A stretch of DNA of 64,000 nucleotides, from assembly GCA_963847445.1 (NCBI GenBank), contig CAWJZV010000017.1:128001-192000 (forward strand), written 5' to 3'. The position numbers were made by a program, and so were the translations under genes. A model generated the notes under the pieces. It made no database searches, was not told where the DNA came from, and saw only the letters and a list, made by a program, of their open reading frames with translations. Shown piece after piece: positions 23,362 to 34,296 of the stretch; within the stretch, counting starts at the first letter, position 1, and every line of letters starts with the position of its first letter. Source of the DNA: an uncultured delta proteobacterium (lineage in GTDB: Bacteria > Desulfobacterota > Binatia > UBA9968).

Positions 23362-24454
23362 CTAGGCTTCCGCTCTTGGAAAATTCAGCGCATCGACTTC
23401 AAATTTTCTTAGCTCCGGCATCACCTGCTCGGTGAATAAGCGCAGCGAATTGAGCGCTTGCTTCTGAGTTAGCTCACCGAAGGTAAATTCACCGAGGAAT
23501 GTGTCGCCGCCGGCTTGGTTGGCGATGGACTTGATTTGCCGCACCACGGTGTCCGGCGAGCCGCAGATAAACGAGCCTTCGGCGATGGAGTGGTCCATGT
23601 CCATCAACTGCTGGCGCCGGCTGCCGTCGAGGATCGTCGTCAAACCGGTGGCGCCGTGGGCGCCGTAGGTGCGCGCGCCGCCGCGCCGCTCCCAGAAGTT
23701 TTTCCAGTGATACTCGCCGTCGGCGCGCGCTTGTTTGTCGCTCTCGGCGACATAGATCTCGCGCATCAGCCCCATATGCGGCTTGCGTCCTGACGGCTTG
23801 GCGCGCTGATAGACTTCGCGGTATTCGTCGAAGGCCTTGCGCGTCGCTTTCATGCCGGAGGGCACCCACTGCACGGTGCTCACGCCGGTGGATGCGGCTT
23901 CTTCGATGGACTCTTTGCTACGCGTCGGCATCCACAGCGGCGGATGGGGTTTCTGCACTAGCGGGATGCTGGAGTCGACATCTTTGCATTTGAAATATTT
24001 GCCTTCGAAGCTGAACGTCTCGTGGGTCCAGATGCCTTTGATGATTTGCAAGGCTTCCAGCGTCATCTCTCGTTTCTGATCCCAGGGAACGTTGTACGCA
24101 ACGAAGGAAAATGGGCCGATGCCGGCGCCGATGCCGCACTCCAGGCGGCCGTTCATGAGATTGTCGAGCAGCGCTGCCTCTTCGGCGACGCGCACCGGAT
24201 GCCACAAGGGCAGGACGTAGACGAGCGGACCCATGCGAATATTTTTGCGTCCGTTGCGACGCCGCGCCGAGGAAACTGCCGGGACTTGGGCATTCGGAAA
24301 AACCCATGTCGAAGTGATGCTCGGCGACAAAGTAAAAATCCATGCCGGCCTGGTCGGCGAATTCTAAAACTTCGAGATGGTTGCGATACAGGTCGACGTA
24401 GGTGCGCGCCGGGTGATCATGTTTCTGCATGTGGTCGAAGAGTCCGAGTTTCAT
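23362..24454 (-). CDS. LLM-class flavin-dependent oxidoreductase (frameshift near 24250-24270)
   Basis: FVAEHHF in the 5' frame; PVRVAEE..LD...GRLE and QKPHPP in the 3' frame. Confidence 0.85.
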
Positions 24455-24464
24455 GGTGTCATCC

Positions 24465-25448
24465 TTATTTGGTCGTTTCCTTTTGAATCTCTTGCAGCAG
24501 CGAGTTGTCGTACATTTTTTCCAGGGCGAGTTTTTTCACTTCGGCGGCGCTTTCGGCGCGAAAGTCCAAGATCGAAGTGAGACCGGCAAGGGAGACGTAG
24601 GGAATTCTCAGCGCGTAGTCCTTGACGTTCTCTTTGTAGGTCTCGTCCAAAGTCGCGCCATCGGTGGTGCGCGTGTACTTGCCGATGGTGCGCTTGGCAA
24701 ACGCCGGATCGGCGATGGCCAGATCGTAGGCGGCGATGGTGGCGCGCAGAACTTTCTTCAATTCTTCCCGCTTGGTTTTGAGCTGCGAGTTCTTGACGAT
24801 GAAGCAGCCGTAGTCGAAGGGCAGGCCGATCGTTTCGGTGGTGAGCAGTTCACGAAATCCCAGCTTGCGCGCATTCAATGTCAGCGGCAGCGAGATCGAG
24901 CCGCCTTGAACTAAGTTGTTCTGCATGCCGGCGATAATTTCCTGTGTGCCGCCGAGTTGCAGCAGGGCGACATCCTTGATCGGCTGCAAACGATACTTCT
25001 TGAGTACCTGGCGAGCGACGAAGTCGGAGAAGGCGCCGAAGCGGGTGACGCCGACGGCTTTTCCTTTCAGATCACCGATGCTGGCGTGCGGCGCGGTGGT
25101 GAAGAAAGATGTTTGGCCTTTGTCGTACTGGCAGCCGACCATGACGAGGTCGGCGCCGGCGAGATTGGCGTCGACCACCGCGCCGGCGGCTGAGTACATG
25201 ATATCGATGTCGCCGCCGAGCAGCGCCTGCACCGACTTGGTGCTCGAGCCGATGTAGAGCAGCTCCATATCGGCGCCATATTTTTGATACAATCCGGCGT
25301 CCTTGCCAACCCACAATACCGTAAATGTTCCGGCGAATGCGGTGTAGGCGACGCGGAGTTTGGCTGGCTGGGCGTTGGCACGGGTCGCTATCGCCAACGA
25401 GCAGAACAAAACGGCAATGACAAATCGTGATTTTGCGCCGGTTTTCAT
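24465..25448 (-). CDS. NMT1/SsuA-type substrate-binding protein
   Basis: Signal peptide; GLYQKYG and DLKGKAVGVTRFG motifs. Confidence 0.87.
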   Translation of the reverse strand: MKTGAKSRFVIAVLFCSLAIATRANAQPAKLRVAYTAFAGTFTVLWVGKDAGLYQKYGADMELLYIGSSTKSVQALLGGDIDIMYSAAGAVVDANLAGADLVMVGCQYDKGQTSFFTTAPHASIGDLKGKAVGVTRFGAFSDFVARQVLKKYRLQPIKDVALLQLGGTQEIIAGMQNNLVQGGSISLPLTLNARKLGFRELLTTETIGLPFDYGCFIVKNSQLKTKREELKKVLRATIAAYDLAIADPAFAKRTIGKYTRTTDGATLDETYKENVKDYALRIPYVSLAGLTSILDFRAESAAEVKKLALEKMYDNSLLQEIQKETTK

Positions 25449-25630
25449 CGCTGTCCCTTACAACCCTACGACCTGTTTTCGATAGATCATGATCGCGACC
25501 TCGCTGTCAAGTTTCGCCGGTAAAGTCGACCATGCGTCGAACTTCGCCTTGACCTGTCTCTCGTTTCTAACTTATGGTGTGCTTTCCAAATAGATGCTGG
25601 ATGAATCGGCTGTATGGAGAGGTAACTTCG

Positions 25631-26616
25631 ATGGCCCGAATGAATTGGCGTATCCTAGTGGGTATCGATCGCGATGGTGGTTTTCAACCTTGGGGCCGCG
25701 GCTGGCGATCGGCCAAGAGAAGATCAAGTTTCCCGTCGGTGTCGGCACCAAGACGGTGGGCACCAACATGTTTTGGCTCGGAGTGAAGAAAGGTTTCTTC
25801 GATGAGGTCGGCTTGGATGTCCAGCCGGTCTTGTTGCGCGGTACGACGATTACCATTCAAGCGTTGGCGAGTGAGTCGTTGTATCTGGCGTTGGGTTCGA
25901 CCGATTTCACCATCGGCACGGCCGCGAGCAGCGCCGATTTGGTCGCGGTGAGCGGCGTGGTCAACGGCCTGACTCAAGCGATTGTCGCGTCGAAGCAATA
26001 CAAATCGCTCAAAGAACTGCGCGGAGCGACCATCGGCGTGCAAGTGCTGACGTCGGGGGCGACCAATGTTTTAAAGCGAATACTCAAGCAGCATGGCTTG
26101 GAATATCCGGCGGATTACAAGTTGCTTTCGGTGGGCGGCGGCAGCTTTAATCTGGCAGCGCTGACTTCAGGGCAGATCGGCGCAACCTATCTGGTCGTGC
26201 CGCTCGATTACACCGCGGAGCAGCAGGGTTTCAATATCCTCGGCTATTTCAAGGATTATTTTCCTAACTATCAACTTTCCGTGATCGCCGGAAAACGAAC
26301 CTGGGTGGAGAAAAACCGTGGGCTCTTGGTGCGTTATCTGAAAGCGACGGTGCGCACTCATCGCTGGCTCTACGCCAACAAAGAGGCGGCCATCGATTTT
26401 CTTGCCAAGGAAATGCCGCTCAAGCCTGACTTGGCGCGCCGCGGTTGGGAATATTACATCGCCAATCGCATCTGGCATCCGAACGCGGAGATTGACCTCG
26501 AAGGCTTAAAATTCACCATGCAGATTTACGCCGAACAGACCAAAGGCGCGGCGCCGGATCCGTTCAAATATATCGACCAGAGTTATTTGCAGCAGGCGAT
26601 CAAGGAACTGGGGTGA
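25631..26616 (+). CDS. NMT1/SsuA-type substrate-binding protein (frameshift in the signal region)
   Basis: QEKIKFPVGVGTKT...; GGAGAGG RBS before ATG 25631; paralog of 19588. Confidence 0.85.
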
Positions 26617-26640
26617 TCGACGGTTTCGGATTCAAAGTAT

Positions 26641-26717
26641 TAACGCAAAGAGCGCCAAGGGCGCAAGATGAATTCCAAGAGGAATTCCGGATGTAGGGGC
26701 GGGTTTGAAACCGCCCT
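26641..26717. repeat. GCAAAG arm plus GTAG-type REP
   Basis: cgcaaagagcgccaagggcgcaag ... gtaggggcgggtttgaaaccgccct. Confidence 0.7.
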
Positions 26718-26748
26718 CTTGGTTAACGATGACGCAGAAAGGAAACTA

Positions 26749-27879
26749 GTGGATCTGAATTCACTGCGGGTAGACTTGGTCGGCAGCTTACTGCGACCGG
26801 AAAAACTTAAACAGGCCTTTTCGGATTACGGCCAGGGTAAGGCGAGCGAAGCTGATTTAGCTAGCGCACAGGACGCGGCGATTGGCGATGTCGTCGCCAA
26901 ACAAGCGGCGCATAATCTGCCGATCGCCGTCGACGGTGAGTTTCGCCGCACCAGCTTTATGGAGTCGTTTGCCGTGGTCGCCGGTGTCGAGGAGTGGCAA
27001 GCCGGGGCGCGCAGCTATCATGAAATCCTCGCCCGTAAAGATGAGGGCAAGGAAGGCACGCATAAAGGCCAAGATCCGATCCTGCTCAATCGCAAGCGGG
27101 TCACCGCGCGGTTAAAGTTGATTCGCAATACCTTGGTCGACGATTTTCGCTTTGCCCAGAAATTAACCGACCGGCCAGTGAAAGTAACCTTGATCGGCCC
27201 GGATCGAATTCAGCAGTGCTACGATAGTGAAGCGTCGAAAGCCGTCTATCCATCGACCGATGAATTTTTGCGCGATGTGGTTTCAGTGGAGCGCCAGATG
27301 TTAAGTGAGCTGTCGCAAGCTGGCTGCCGCTACGTCGGTATCGATGGTCCCGGTTACACGGCCTATGTCGACCCCGACTCTATCGCCGCGATGCGCGCTA
27401 GGGGCGAGGAACCGATGGCGACCATGGAGCGGTCGATCGACGCCGACAACCAGGTGATCGCGAATTTCCCCGGCGTGACTTTCGGCATTCACATTTGCCG
27501 CGGCAACCGGCAAAGCATGTGGCATCGCGAAGGGAAATACGACGCCATCGCCGAGAAACTATTCAACGGCCTCAACCATCAACGTTTGCTGTTGGAATAC
27601 GACACGGCGCGCGCCGGCGGCTTCGAGCCGCTGCGGTTTGTTCCCAAGGGAAAAATCGCGGTGCTGGGTTTGATCACCACCAAAACGGGCCGGGTCGAGA
27701 CGGTGGACGAGTTGCGCCGCCGGATCGATGACGCGGCGCGCTTCCTGCCGTTGGATCAGTTGGCGCTGAGCCCGCAGTGCGGTTTTGCCTCGAGCATTCG
27801 CGGCAACCTGCTGAGCGAGGACGAGCAGTTTCGTAAGCTCGATGTCATGCTCGAAACGGCGCGGCGGGTTTGGGGTTAA
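26749..27879 (+). CDS. Cobalamin-independent methionine synthase II-like (single-barrel MetE family) protein
   Basis: VGSLLRP, DGEFRR, Zn ligands HICRGN, LEYD and SPQCGF; GTG start after AAGGA. Confidence 0.88.
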   Translation: MDLNSLRVDLVGSLLRPEKLKQAFSDYGQGKASEADLASAQDAAIGDVVAKQAAHNLPIAVDGEFRRTSFMESFAVVAGVEEWQAGARSYHEILARKDEGKEGTHKGQDPILLNRKRVTARLKLIRNTLVDDFRFAQKLTDRPVKVTLIGPDRIQQCYDSEASKAVYPSTDEFLRDVVSVERQMLSELSQAGCRYVGIDGPGYTAYVDPDSIAAMRARGEEPMATMERSIDADNQVIANFPGVTFGIHICRGNRQSMWHREGKYDAIAEKLFNGLNHQRLLLEYDTARAGGFEPLRFVPKGKIAVLGLITTKTGRVETVDELRRRIDDAARFLPLDQLALSPQCGFASSIRGNLLSEDEQFRKLDVMLETARRVWG

Positions 27880-27889
27880 AAAAAAGTTC

Positions 27890-27918
27890 GTTCAAGGGTT
27901 CAAAAGTTCAAGGTTCAA
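27890..27918. repeat. GTTCAA-based short tandem repeat
   Basis: gttcaagggttcaaaagttcaaggttcaa; related copies at 30260-30341 and 36928-36960. Confidence 0.6.
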
Positions 27919-28005
27919 TGTTGGAATCCCAGTTGTAACTGAGGAATGTTGACCGTCCCTACCTAAACGCGCACTACTAGCTTTTCCTGATTCACCCCCG
28001 ACATC

Positions 28006-28863
28006 ATGCGCGCGAGTGATCTTATTCGGCTGGTGCTGCTCGCGGCGATCTGGGGCGGGTCGTTTGTTTTTCTGCGGGTGGTGGCGCCGGCATTGGGAGC
28101 GATCGTCACCGCCGACCTGCGCGTGCTGATCGCTTGGGGCGCGCTGACGATTTATTTCCGTGCCGTCGGCATCGATGTGGGTTGGCGGCGGTTCTGGCGC
28201 CAGTACCTCGTCATCGGCGCGTTCAATGCGGCGCTGCCATTTTTTCTATTCGCCTTTGCCGCTCTCCACATCCCGGCCTCTTACTCGGCGATTCTGAACG
28301 CGACCTCGCCATTCTTTGGCGCGCTGTTCGCTTGGTTGTGGCTTGGTGAGAAGATTACTTTTTTGAAAAGTGTGGGGTTTGTTTTCGGTATCGCCGGTGT
28401 CGGTCTTGTCACGGGTGTCGCTTCCGCTGCGGCAGGCGGTTCAACTAATTGGGCGATGGGCGCATGTCTGTTAGCGGCGATGAGTTACGGGTTCGTCAGC
28501 GTTTATACCAAGAAGTTCGCTGCCGCGGCAAATCCACGTGCGATCGCCGGCTGCAGCCAATTGATGGCGGGTTTATTATTGCTGCCGTTGACGCCGCTGG
28601 CGCCGCCACCAGGGCCGGTAACGGGTTTCATCGCGGTGAGTATGATCATTTTTGCGCTGTTGAGCAGCGGCGTGGCTTTTTTGCTCTACTTCCGCTTGAT
28701 CGCGGACATCGGCCCGACTAAATCGCTGACGGTCACATTTTTGATGCCGGTGTTCACGATGCTCTGGGCGTCGCTATTTCTTGGCGAGGGAGTGACTGCG
28801 GTGATGATATTCGGTTGCGCGCTGATCCTCGTGGGTACTGGGTTAGTGGTGATGCGGAGATAG
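28006..28863 (+). CDS. EamA/DMT family transporter
   Basis: IWGGSF motif, about 10 TM segments, LYFRLIADIGP, LFLGE. Confidence 0.9.
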   Translation: MRASDLIRLVLLAAIWGGSFVFLRVVAPALGAIVTADLRVLIAWGALTIYFRAVGIDVGWRRFWRQYLVIGAFNAALPFFLFAFAALHIPASYSAILNATSPFFGALFAWLWLGEKITFLKSVGFVFGIAGVGLVTGVASAAAGGSTNWAMGACLLAAMSYGFVSVYTKKFAAAANPRAIAGCSQLMAGLLLLPLTPLAPPPGPVTGFIAVSMIIFALLSSGVAFLLYFRLIADIGPTKSLTVTFLMPVFTMLWASLFLGEGVTAVMIFGCALILVGTGLVVMRR

Positions 28864-28923
28864 AAAAAAGACCGAGGCAGAGAACCGCTCGGCGGGGCGG
28901 CTCTCAGCCTCAGGTCTTTTTTT
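28864..28923. terminator. Bidirectional intrinsic terminator between convergent genes
   Basis: aaaaaagaccgaggc ... gcctcaggtcttttttt. Confidence 0.7.
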
Positions 28924-28951
28924 GTCCTTTGTTGGTTTACTATCTATTCTC

Positions 28952-29428
28952 TCAGCGGCCGCGATCGCCGGCCTCGCGCATGCTCCACATGGGACGCTGG
29001 CGGGCGCAGAAACGGCGCGCGGCGTCGACCTGCTGGCGCGAGCCGTCGAGGTCTACCTGAACATTGAAACAGTGTTCGCGGCCGGTGTGGCGGAAGCCCT
29101 CAACGGCGGGAATCTCGAGCTCATTCACGCCAGGGCGCATATTGAAATTCCGAGTATGACCGACGATGTTATTGCCCTCACGGATCAGAATATCGGTTTC
29201 GCAATCGCGCCGGCCTTCGAAATTGACGCGTACCTTCCAGGCGCGAACCCGCTGGCCCTCGATAACTGGATCCGGCGACATATCGAGATCCTGAATATTT
29301 ATGCGATCGCCGCGCTGGCAACCGCGGCCGCCCCGGCGGTCCCCATCGGCCGCCATCGTTTCTGGCGTAACGTTCATCAGTAGGCTGCTGAGCACTCCGG
29401 TTAGAAATGCTGCTTTGATCCACGACAT
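28952..29428 (-). CDS. Hypothetical secreted protein (158 aa, 4 Cys)
   Basis: GGAGG RBS; signal-like MSWIKAAFLTGVLSSLL; own terminator. Confidence 0.7.
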   Translation of the reverse strand: MSWIKAAFLTGVLSSLLMNVTPETMAADGDRRGGRGCQRGDRINIQDLDMSPDPVIEGQRVRAWKVRVNFEGRRDCETDILIREGNNIVGHTRNFNMRPGVNELEIPAVEGFRHTGREHCFNVQVDLDGSRQQVDAARRFCARQRPMWSMREAGDRGR

Positions 29429-29514
29429 ATGCTTTCCTCCTTCAAGGTTTTGTCTGTCAGTTAGACGTAAGAAACGAAAAATGGCTATAGCCGAGGCAAA
29501 ATTAAGCCCGACCC

Positions 29515-30241
29515 CTAGGGCGCCAAGCTTTCCATCAAACGGCCAAATCCTTTCACATTTTCCTTTATATCGATCAGTCTCATGGCGTACCAGCTGCACG
29601 CTAAGCTGCTGGTGATGACCGGTTTGCCGATTTCGTCTTCGAGGAGCTGGACGTCGGTGATCGTCGGCCAGCGCGGGCAGGGGATGAAAACACCATCGGC
29701 GTCGCGCGCTTTGGCGTAGAGCCGCTTGGCGATCTTGTACGAGGCGTGTACCGGCAGGTCGGTGAGCTGGGCGTTTTTGCGCACGCCGTAACCGGCGATC
29801 TGCAAGACTTCGAAGCCGCACTGTTCGAGATGGCGCTTGAGCCGTTGATTGATCTCGTCTTCGTAGGGCGTGCCGACGACGAGCTTTGTGCATTTCATCG
29901 CTTTGAGCGCTTCGACTTCGGCGGTCAAACCGGCGGCCACGGGAACTGCCGAACTTGTCGGAAAGTTTCTTGCCCAGTTCCCGATCGGCACCGAAGGGCA
30001 AGCGGGTGAACAGCGGCGAGCCGCTAAAGATTATCGAATCGCAGTTGTTGTCGACCAGGTCCTGGATCGCTTCTTCGATGCGGCTCAGTTGCGCCTCGAA
30101 GTCGCTGTCGACCAACTGGCGCACGGTGCCGGTGGTGTTGAGCATCATGAAGCCTTCGGGAAACATCTTGTAGAATTCGTAAACCAGGGTATCGCCGCGC
30201 GATGGGGCGACGTGACCGATGCGAGCGCGCCAGCCGTACAT
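29515..30241 (-). CDS. Asp/Glu racemase superfamily protein, maleate isomerase/arylmalonate decarboxylase-like (frameshift near 29950)
   Basis: YGWRARIGHVAPS, VGTPY, DGVFIPCPRWP and LEDEIGKPVITS motifs. Confidence 0.85.
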
Positions 30242-30259
30242 AATTACCTCCTGCGGAGT

Positions 30260-30341
30260 TGTTCTAAGGTTCAAGGGTGCAAAAGTTCAAGGTCGGATTT
30301 GCTTTACTCAGTTCCAGCAGTTCCGATCGTTCCAGTCGTTC
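30260..30341. repeat. GTTCAA/GTTCC short tandem repeats
   Basis: gttcaagggtgcaaaagttcaagg; gttccagcagttccgatcgttccagtcgttcc. Confidence 0.6.
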
Positions 30342-30348
30342 CATGGGA

Positions 30349-31224
30349 CTATGCAGGCCAGCCGTAGAGTTTTGCCGGGTTGGCGGCGAGAATTGCGTTG
30401 CGGATTGTTTTGTCCGGTACCGCGGTGACCAGGAAATCCAGCAGGTCGCCGTCGTCGGGCATCGGCACGGGCACGCCGCCATGGGGCCAGTTGCTACCCC
30501 AGACGATGTTGTCCGAGCGGTTAGCGACGATCGCCTGAATCACGTCAACCATGTCATGGTAATCCGGCGGGCCGGATTTTGATAGCTGATAGAAGCTGTA
30601 GAGATTGATCCAGGCGTGCTCTTGGTTTCTAAGTATCGTCAGCAGCTCGGCGAATTCACTATCCTCCCTGGTCATATGCGGCTCGGCGTGGGCGACATGG
30701 TCGAACAGGTAAGGGACTTTGAGAGAATTCAAGAATGGTACGGTGGCGATCACTTCGGCCATCGATTGCGACATGAACTCGACATGCCAATCGAAGCCGG
30801 CGCTGCGCTCGATCATTCTCCTGCTTTGCTCGAAGGACAGGCCGCCGCGGCCGTTGGCTTTAATCCGAAAGCCGCTGAAGCCGCCGTCTTTCAGTTCGCG
30901 CAGTTGTGCGTCGGTAATCGCCGGGTCGAGTAGCGCGAGACCTTTGAAGGCGCCGTTCATGCGCTTGAGCGCGTCCAGGGTGATGCGATTGTTAGTGCCA
31001 TTGCCACTGCCGGTGACGATGACGGCGCGTTCCAAGCCGAGAGCGCGATGAGTTTGCAAATAATCGTCCAGTGTCGAGTGCGGATCGGGATCGTAGCCAC
31101 GCTCGGCGACCAGCGGATAACGCTCGAACGGACCATAAACATGCAGATGGCAGTCGCAGGCGCCGGAAGGCAATTTATAGCGCGGCGCGTGGGGATTGGC
31201 GTTGGGCGGCTTTACCGGTCGCAT
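30349..31224 (-). CDS. Amidohydrolase_2 family protein, 2-pyrone-4,6-dicarboxylate lactonase-like
   Basis: ACDCHLHVYGP and VWGSNWPH motifs. Confidence 0.85.
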   Translation of the reverse strand: MRPVKPPNANPHAPRYKLPSGACDCHLHVYGPFERYPLVAERGYDPDPHSTLDDYLQTHRALGLERAVIVTGSGNGTNNRITLDALKRMNGAFKGLALLDPAITDAQLRELKDGGFSGFRIKANGRGGLSFEQSRRMIERSAGFDWHVEFMSQSMAEVIATVPFLNSLKVPYLFDHVAHAEPHMTREDSEFAELLTILRNQEHAWINLYSFYQLSKSGPPDYHDMVDVIQAIVANRSDNIVWGSNWPHGGVPVPMPDDGDLLDFLVTAVPDKTIRNAILAANPAKLYGWPA

Positions 31225-31370
31225 GATGACCGCCAATGTAATGCAAAAGCGGGATGAATATCCAGCGCATTTCTAGCCATTGGCGGTTTACGGCTTGACG
31301 GCGCGGGAGGTTTTGCTTAGCGTACTGCTTGATCAGTACACAGCAATCTCAAACTTGGCGGAGGTAAGTT

Positions 31371-32534
31371 ATGGCAGAAGCGAACCTGCAATTGTTCTTG
31401 TTGGGCGCGGAAAGACTGCTACGTTGCCGGTGGGACGGCCGGAGCGAAAACCTCGAGATTCTCAACAGCGCGATGGACGGCGAGACCGTGCGCGAGGTAG
31501 CGCGCGATCCATTCAATCCGAACAAACTCTATGCCGCGACGCTGACCGAGATCCATGTCAGCGAAAATAACGGTGACAGCTGGCAGTGGCTGCCTTCCGG
31601 CGGTATCGACTACCGGGATATTTGGACCATGGCGGTGCATCCGACGCGGCCTAATGAAATCTATGTAGGCACGCTGCCGGCGGCGGTTTACGTCAGCGAC
31701 AATGGCGGCCGGTCGTTTCGCGAACTGGCGGCGTTTCGTAATTTGCCCGACTACAACAAATGGACTTTCCCTCCCGGCGCCCATGTCGCCCATGCGCGCT
31801 CGATTGCGCTCGATGCGCGAGTGCCGGACGAGATCATTGTCGGAATCGAAGAGGGCGGCGTGGCGCGCAGCCGCGACCGCGGCGCGACTTGGGAAGATAT
31901 TAGCGGACCCGCAAGTCCGACGGCATTTCCCAAGATCAACGATCCAGCAGGCATCGTGCCTTACGAGATGGGCAGACATGAAGAGGGTCGTGTCTACCGC
32001 GATGTTCACTGGGTGACGCGCCATCCGACGCGCTTGGAGACGTTATTCGCCAGCACCGGTATCGGCACTTATCGTACCGACGATGGCGGGAAAAACTGGA
32101 CCAAGTGCGAGTATGGCTTGGGGCGCGCCTACGCGATCCCCATGACCAACCATCCAGCAGTTCCAGACAGAATTTTTCTTGGCGCGGCGGAGAACGGTCC
32201 CGCGACCTGGGCCGGTTACCGGACGGTACGCGCCGGCCCGTACAATACGGTCAAGTTTAGCCGCAACGCGACCGCCGAGACCGGCGGTGCCAAGACCCAG
32301 ATCTTACGCAGCGATGACGCGGGCAACACCTGGAGCTATCTCAAAACTGGCCTGCCCGCTGGCACGGAACACATGACCTGCGGCTTTGCCAGCCATCCGC
32401 AAGACCCCAACACTTTGTGCGTCGGCTATACCGATGGTTCGGTCTACGCGAGCAATGACGCGGGACAGAATTGGCGCCGATTGATCGTGTCGCTGCCAAA
32501 GCTTTATGGTTTAAGATTGATACCGTCTGTTTAA
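31371..32534 (+). CDS. BNR/Asp-box repeat beta-propeller protein
   Basis: Repeated SxDxGxxW boxes (SENNGDSW, SRDRGATW, TDDGGKNW, SDDAGNTW, SNDAGQNW); GGAGG RBS. Confidence 0.85.
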   Translation: MAEANLQLFLLGAERLLRCRWDGRSENLEILNSAMDGETVREVARDPFNPNKLYAATLTEIHVSENNGDSWQWLPSGGIDYRDIWTMAVHPTRPNEIYVGTLPAAVYVSDNGGRSFRELAAFRNLPDYNKWTFPPGAHVAHARSIALDARVPDEIIVGIEEGGVARSRDRGATWEDISGPASPTAFPKINDPAGIVPYEMGRHEEGRVYRDVHWVTRHPTRLETLFASTGIGTYRTDDGGKNWTKCEYGLGRAYAIPMTNHPAVPDRIFLGAAENGPATWAGYRTVRAGPYNTVKFSRNATAETGGAKTQILRSDDAGNTWSYLKTGLPAGTEHMTCGFASHPQDPNTLCVGYTDGSVYASNDAGQNWRRLIVSLPKLYGLRLIPSV

Positions 32535-32700
32535 CAGGCGACTGAAACGCTGAATAATCGGAGCTTTCGGTAGCTTTATGGTTTGATTCGGTATTTTATA
32601 TAATTTTGTTTTGTGTATTGAAATGGTTGACAGGTTCGCCGCAATACTTCACAATTAATCAATTAAATCAGTCTAGGACGGGGCTGGAAAGGTGGTTTCG

Positions 32701-33264
32701 ATGGGGGATCATCAGCGAATTCTGCACAATGGCTTGAAATTACTGGCGGTTACTTTTTTGGTTTCATGCGGTAATCCCGCAAACCCACCGCCACCGAAAT
32801 GGACGGGAGAGAATCTCCCCGCTATAGCGGCAAAACCGGCGGCGCCCAAGCCACCGCCTGTGTCGCCAAAGGCGGAAGAGAAGACGAGCTTAGAGGCTTT
32901 GCAAAAGGGCGAAATGGCGACAAGTGGACCGCTGAAAGACGTTGGTTTCAACTTCGATAGCGCGGCGCTTTCCGATGCCGCCCGCGCGACGTTGAAAAGC
33001 AACTCTGATTGGCTCAAGGCCAATGCTACGGCGCGGATTCAAATCGAAGGCCATTGCGACGAACGTGGCGCAGCGGATTACAACATGGCGCTCGGCGCAA
33101 AACGCGCCCAGGCATCGATGGATTACTTAGCCACTTTGGGTGTCGCAGCCAACCGCATGTCGACGATCAGCTACGGCGAAGAAATCCCCATGTGCAAAGA
33201 TAAGACTGAAGCCTGCTGGGCGCAAAATCGGCGCGCGCGGTTCGTCGTTAGTGCAGCCAAGTAA
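32701..33264 (+). CDS. pal: Peptidoglycan-associated lipoprotein (OmpA-like domain)
   Basis: Lipobox LVSC; IEGHCDERG..YNMALGAKRA, ISYGEE, NRRA. Confidence 0.85.
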   Translation: MGDHQRILHNGLKLLAVTFLVSCGNPANPPPPKWTGENLPAIAAKPAAPKPPPVSPKAEEKTSLEALQKGEMATSGPLKDVGFNFDSAALSDAARATLKSNSDWLKANATARIQIEGHCDERGAADYNMALGAKRAQASMDYLATLGVAANRMSTISYGEEIPMCKDKTEACWAQNRRARFVVSAAK

Positions 33265-33288
33265 CATCCGTTCCAAATAATCAACTCG

Positions 33289-33328
33289 AAAAAAAGGCCC
33301 ATGTCGTCACGACATGGGCCTTTTTTTT
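33289..33328 (+). terminator. Intrinsic terminator
   Basis: A-run, ggcccatgtcg-tca-cgacatgggcc, T8. Confidence 0.9.
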
Positions 33329-33483
33329 GGCGCGGCATGATACGAGTCGGCAACCGATTCGACGCACAGTATCCGACTATAATCGTGGCTATCGATTGAC
33401 ATCGAAAGCGGGCGTTTGTTAGGTTCGCACGTCGCTGATTGTGCGTGAGCGATAAATCAACCAAGCGAGAAAAAGGTAGATCC

Positions 33484-34224
33484 ATGCGTTACGGTTGGCG
33501 AGCACGAATCGGTCATATCGCCCCAGCGATACTCGACACGTCGGGTGAAGAAATGCGCAAGTTGTTGCCCGCGGGTGTCCTGCATGTCGGCCTGACGATC
33601 AGCGAACCGATTCAAACACTCGGCGCAGAGCAGGCAGCGGCGGCGTTTGGCCGCATGGTCGATGCCGGCAAGCGCTTGGCCGCGGAAAAGGTCGATGTGC
33701 TCATCTGCGGCGGCGCGCCAGTGGCGTTGTCCAAGGGCGCGGCTGGCGACGCCGAGTTGACCGAACTGCTACGCCGTGAGACGCAGTTGCCGGTGGTGAC
33801 GGCGAACGGCGCGGTGATCGACGGTTTGCGTACACTGGGCGCGCGCTCGGTGCTTGTCGTCAGTCCGTTCATCGACGCGCGTAATCAGGAGATCAAAAAC
33901 TTTCTCGAAGCGAACTGCTTCACAGTGGCGGCGACCAGAGGGCTTGGCCTCACCAAGAATATCGACTTTGCCAGTCAGTCGCCTGACGCTGCGTTCGCGC
34001 TTGCCTATGGCGCGGCGAAAGCGCATCCGGAAGCGGACGCAATTTATATCGCCTGTCCACGCTGGCCGTCGGTGGATATTATCGCTGCACTGGAAGCGGA
34101 CACCGGTAAGGCCGTCGTCGCCGCACCCGCGGCGATGGTTTGGGGTGCGCTCAAGGCGCTGCGGATTAACGACTGTCGACCCGGTTTTGGACGACTGATG
34201 GATAGTCTGCGCAGCGCGAATTAG
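33484..34224 (+). CDS. Asp/Glu racemase superfamily protein, maleate isomerase/AMDase-like
   Basis: YGWRARIGHIAP, VVSPF, AIYIACPRWP and LEADTGK motifs. Confidence 0.85.
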   Translation: MRYGWRARIGHIAPAILDTSGEEMRKLLPAGVLHVGLTISEPIQTLGAEQAAAAFGRMVDAGKRLAAEKVDVLICGGAPVALSKGAAGDAELTELLRRETQLPVVTANGAVIDGLRTLGARSVLVVSPFIDARNQEIKNFLEANCFTVAATRGLGLTKNIDFASQSPDAAFALAYGAAKAHPEADAIYIACPRWPSVDIIAALEADTGKAVVAAPAAMVWGALKALRINDCRPGFGRLMDSLRSAN

Positions 34225-34296
34225 CGACTTGGCTGAGCCAGGCAGATCGACTCCGAATAGCACTACCGTACTAGTCTCGCGAGAGGGGACGCTGGA

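Noticed and set aside
28952-30274. 440-aa ORF as a single fusion protein
   Set aside because: A frameshift in the racemase-like gene runs into a separate downstream gene that has its own RBS.
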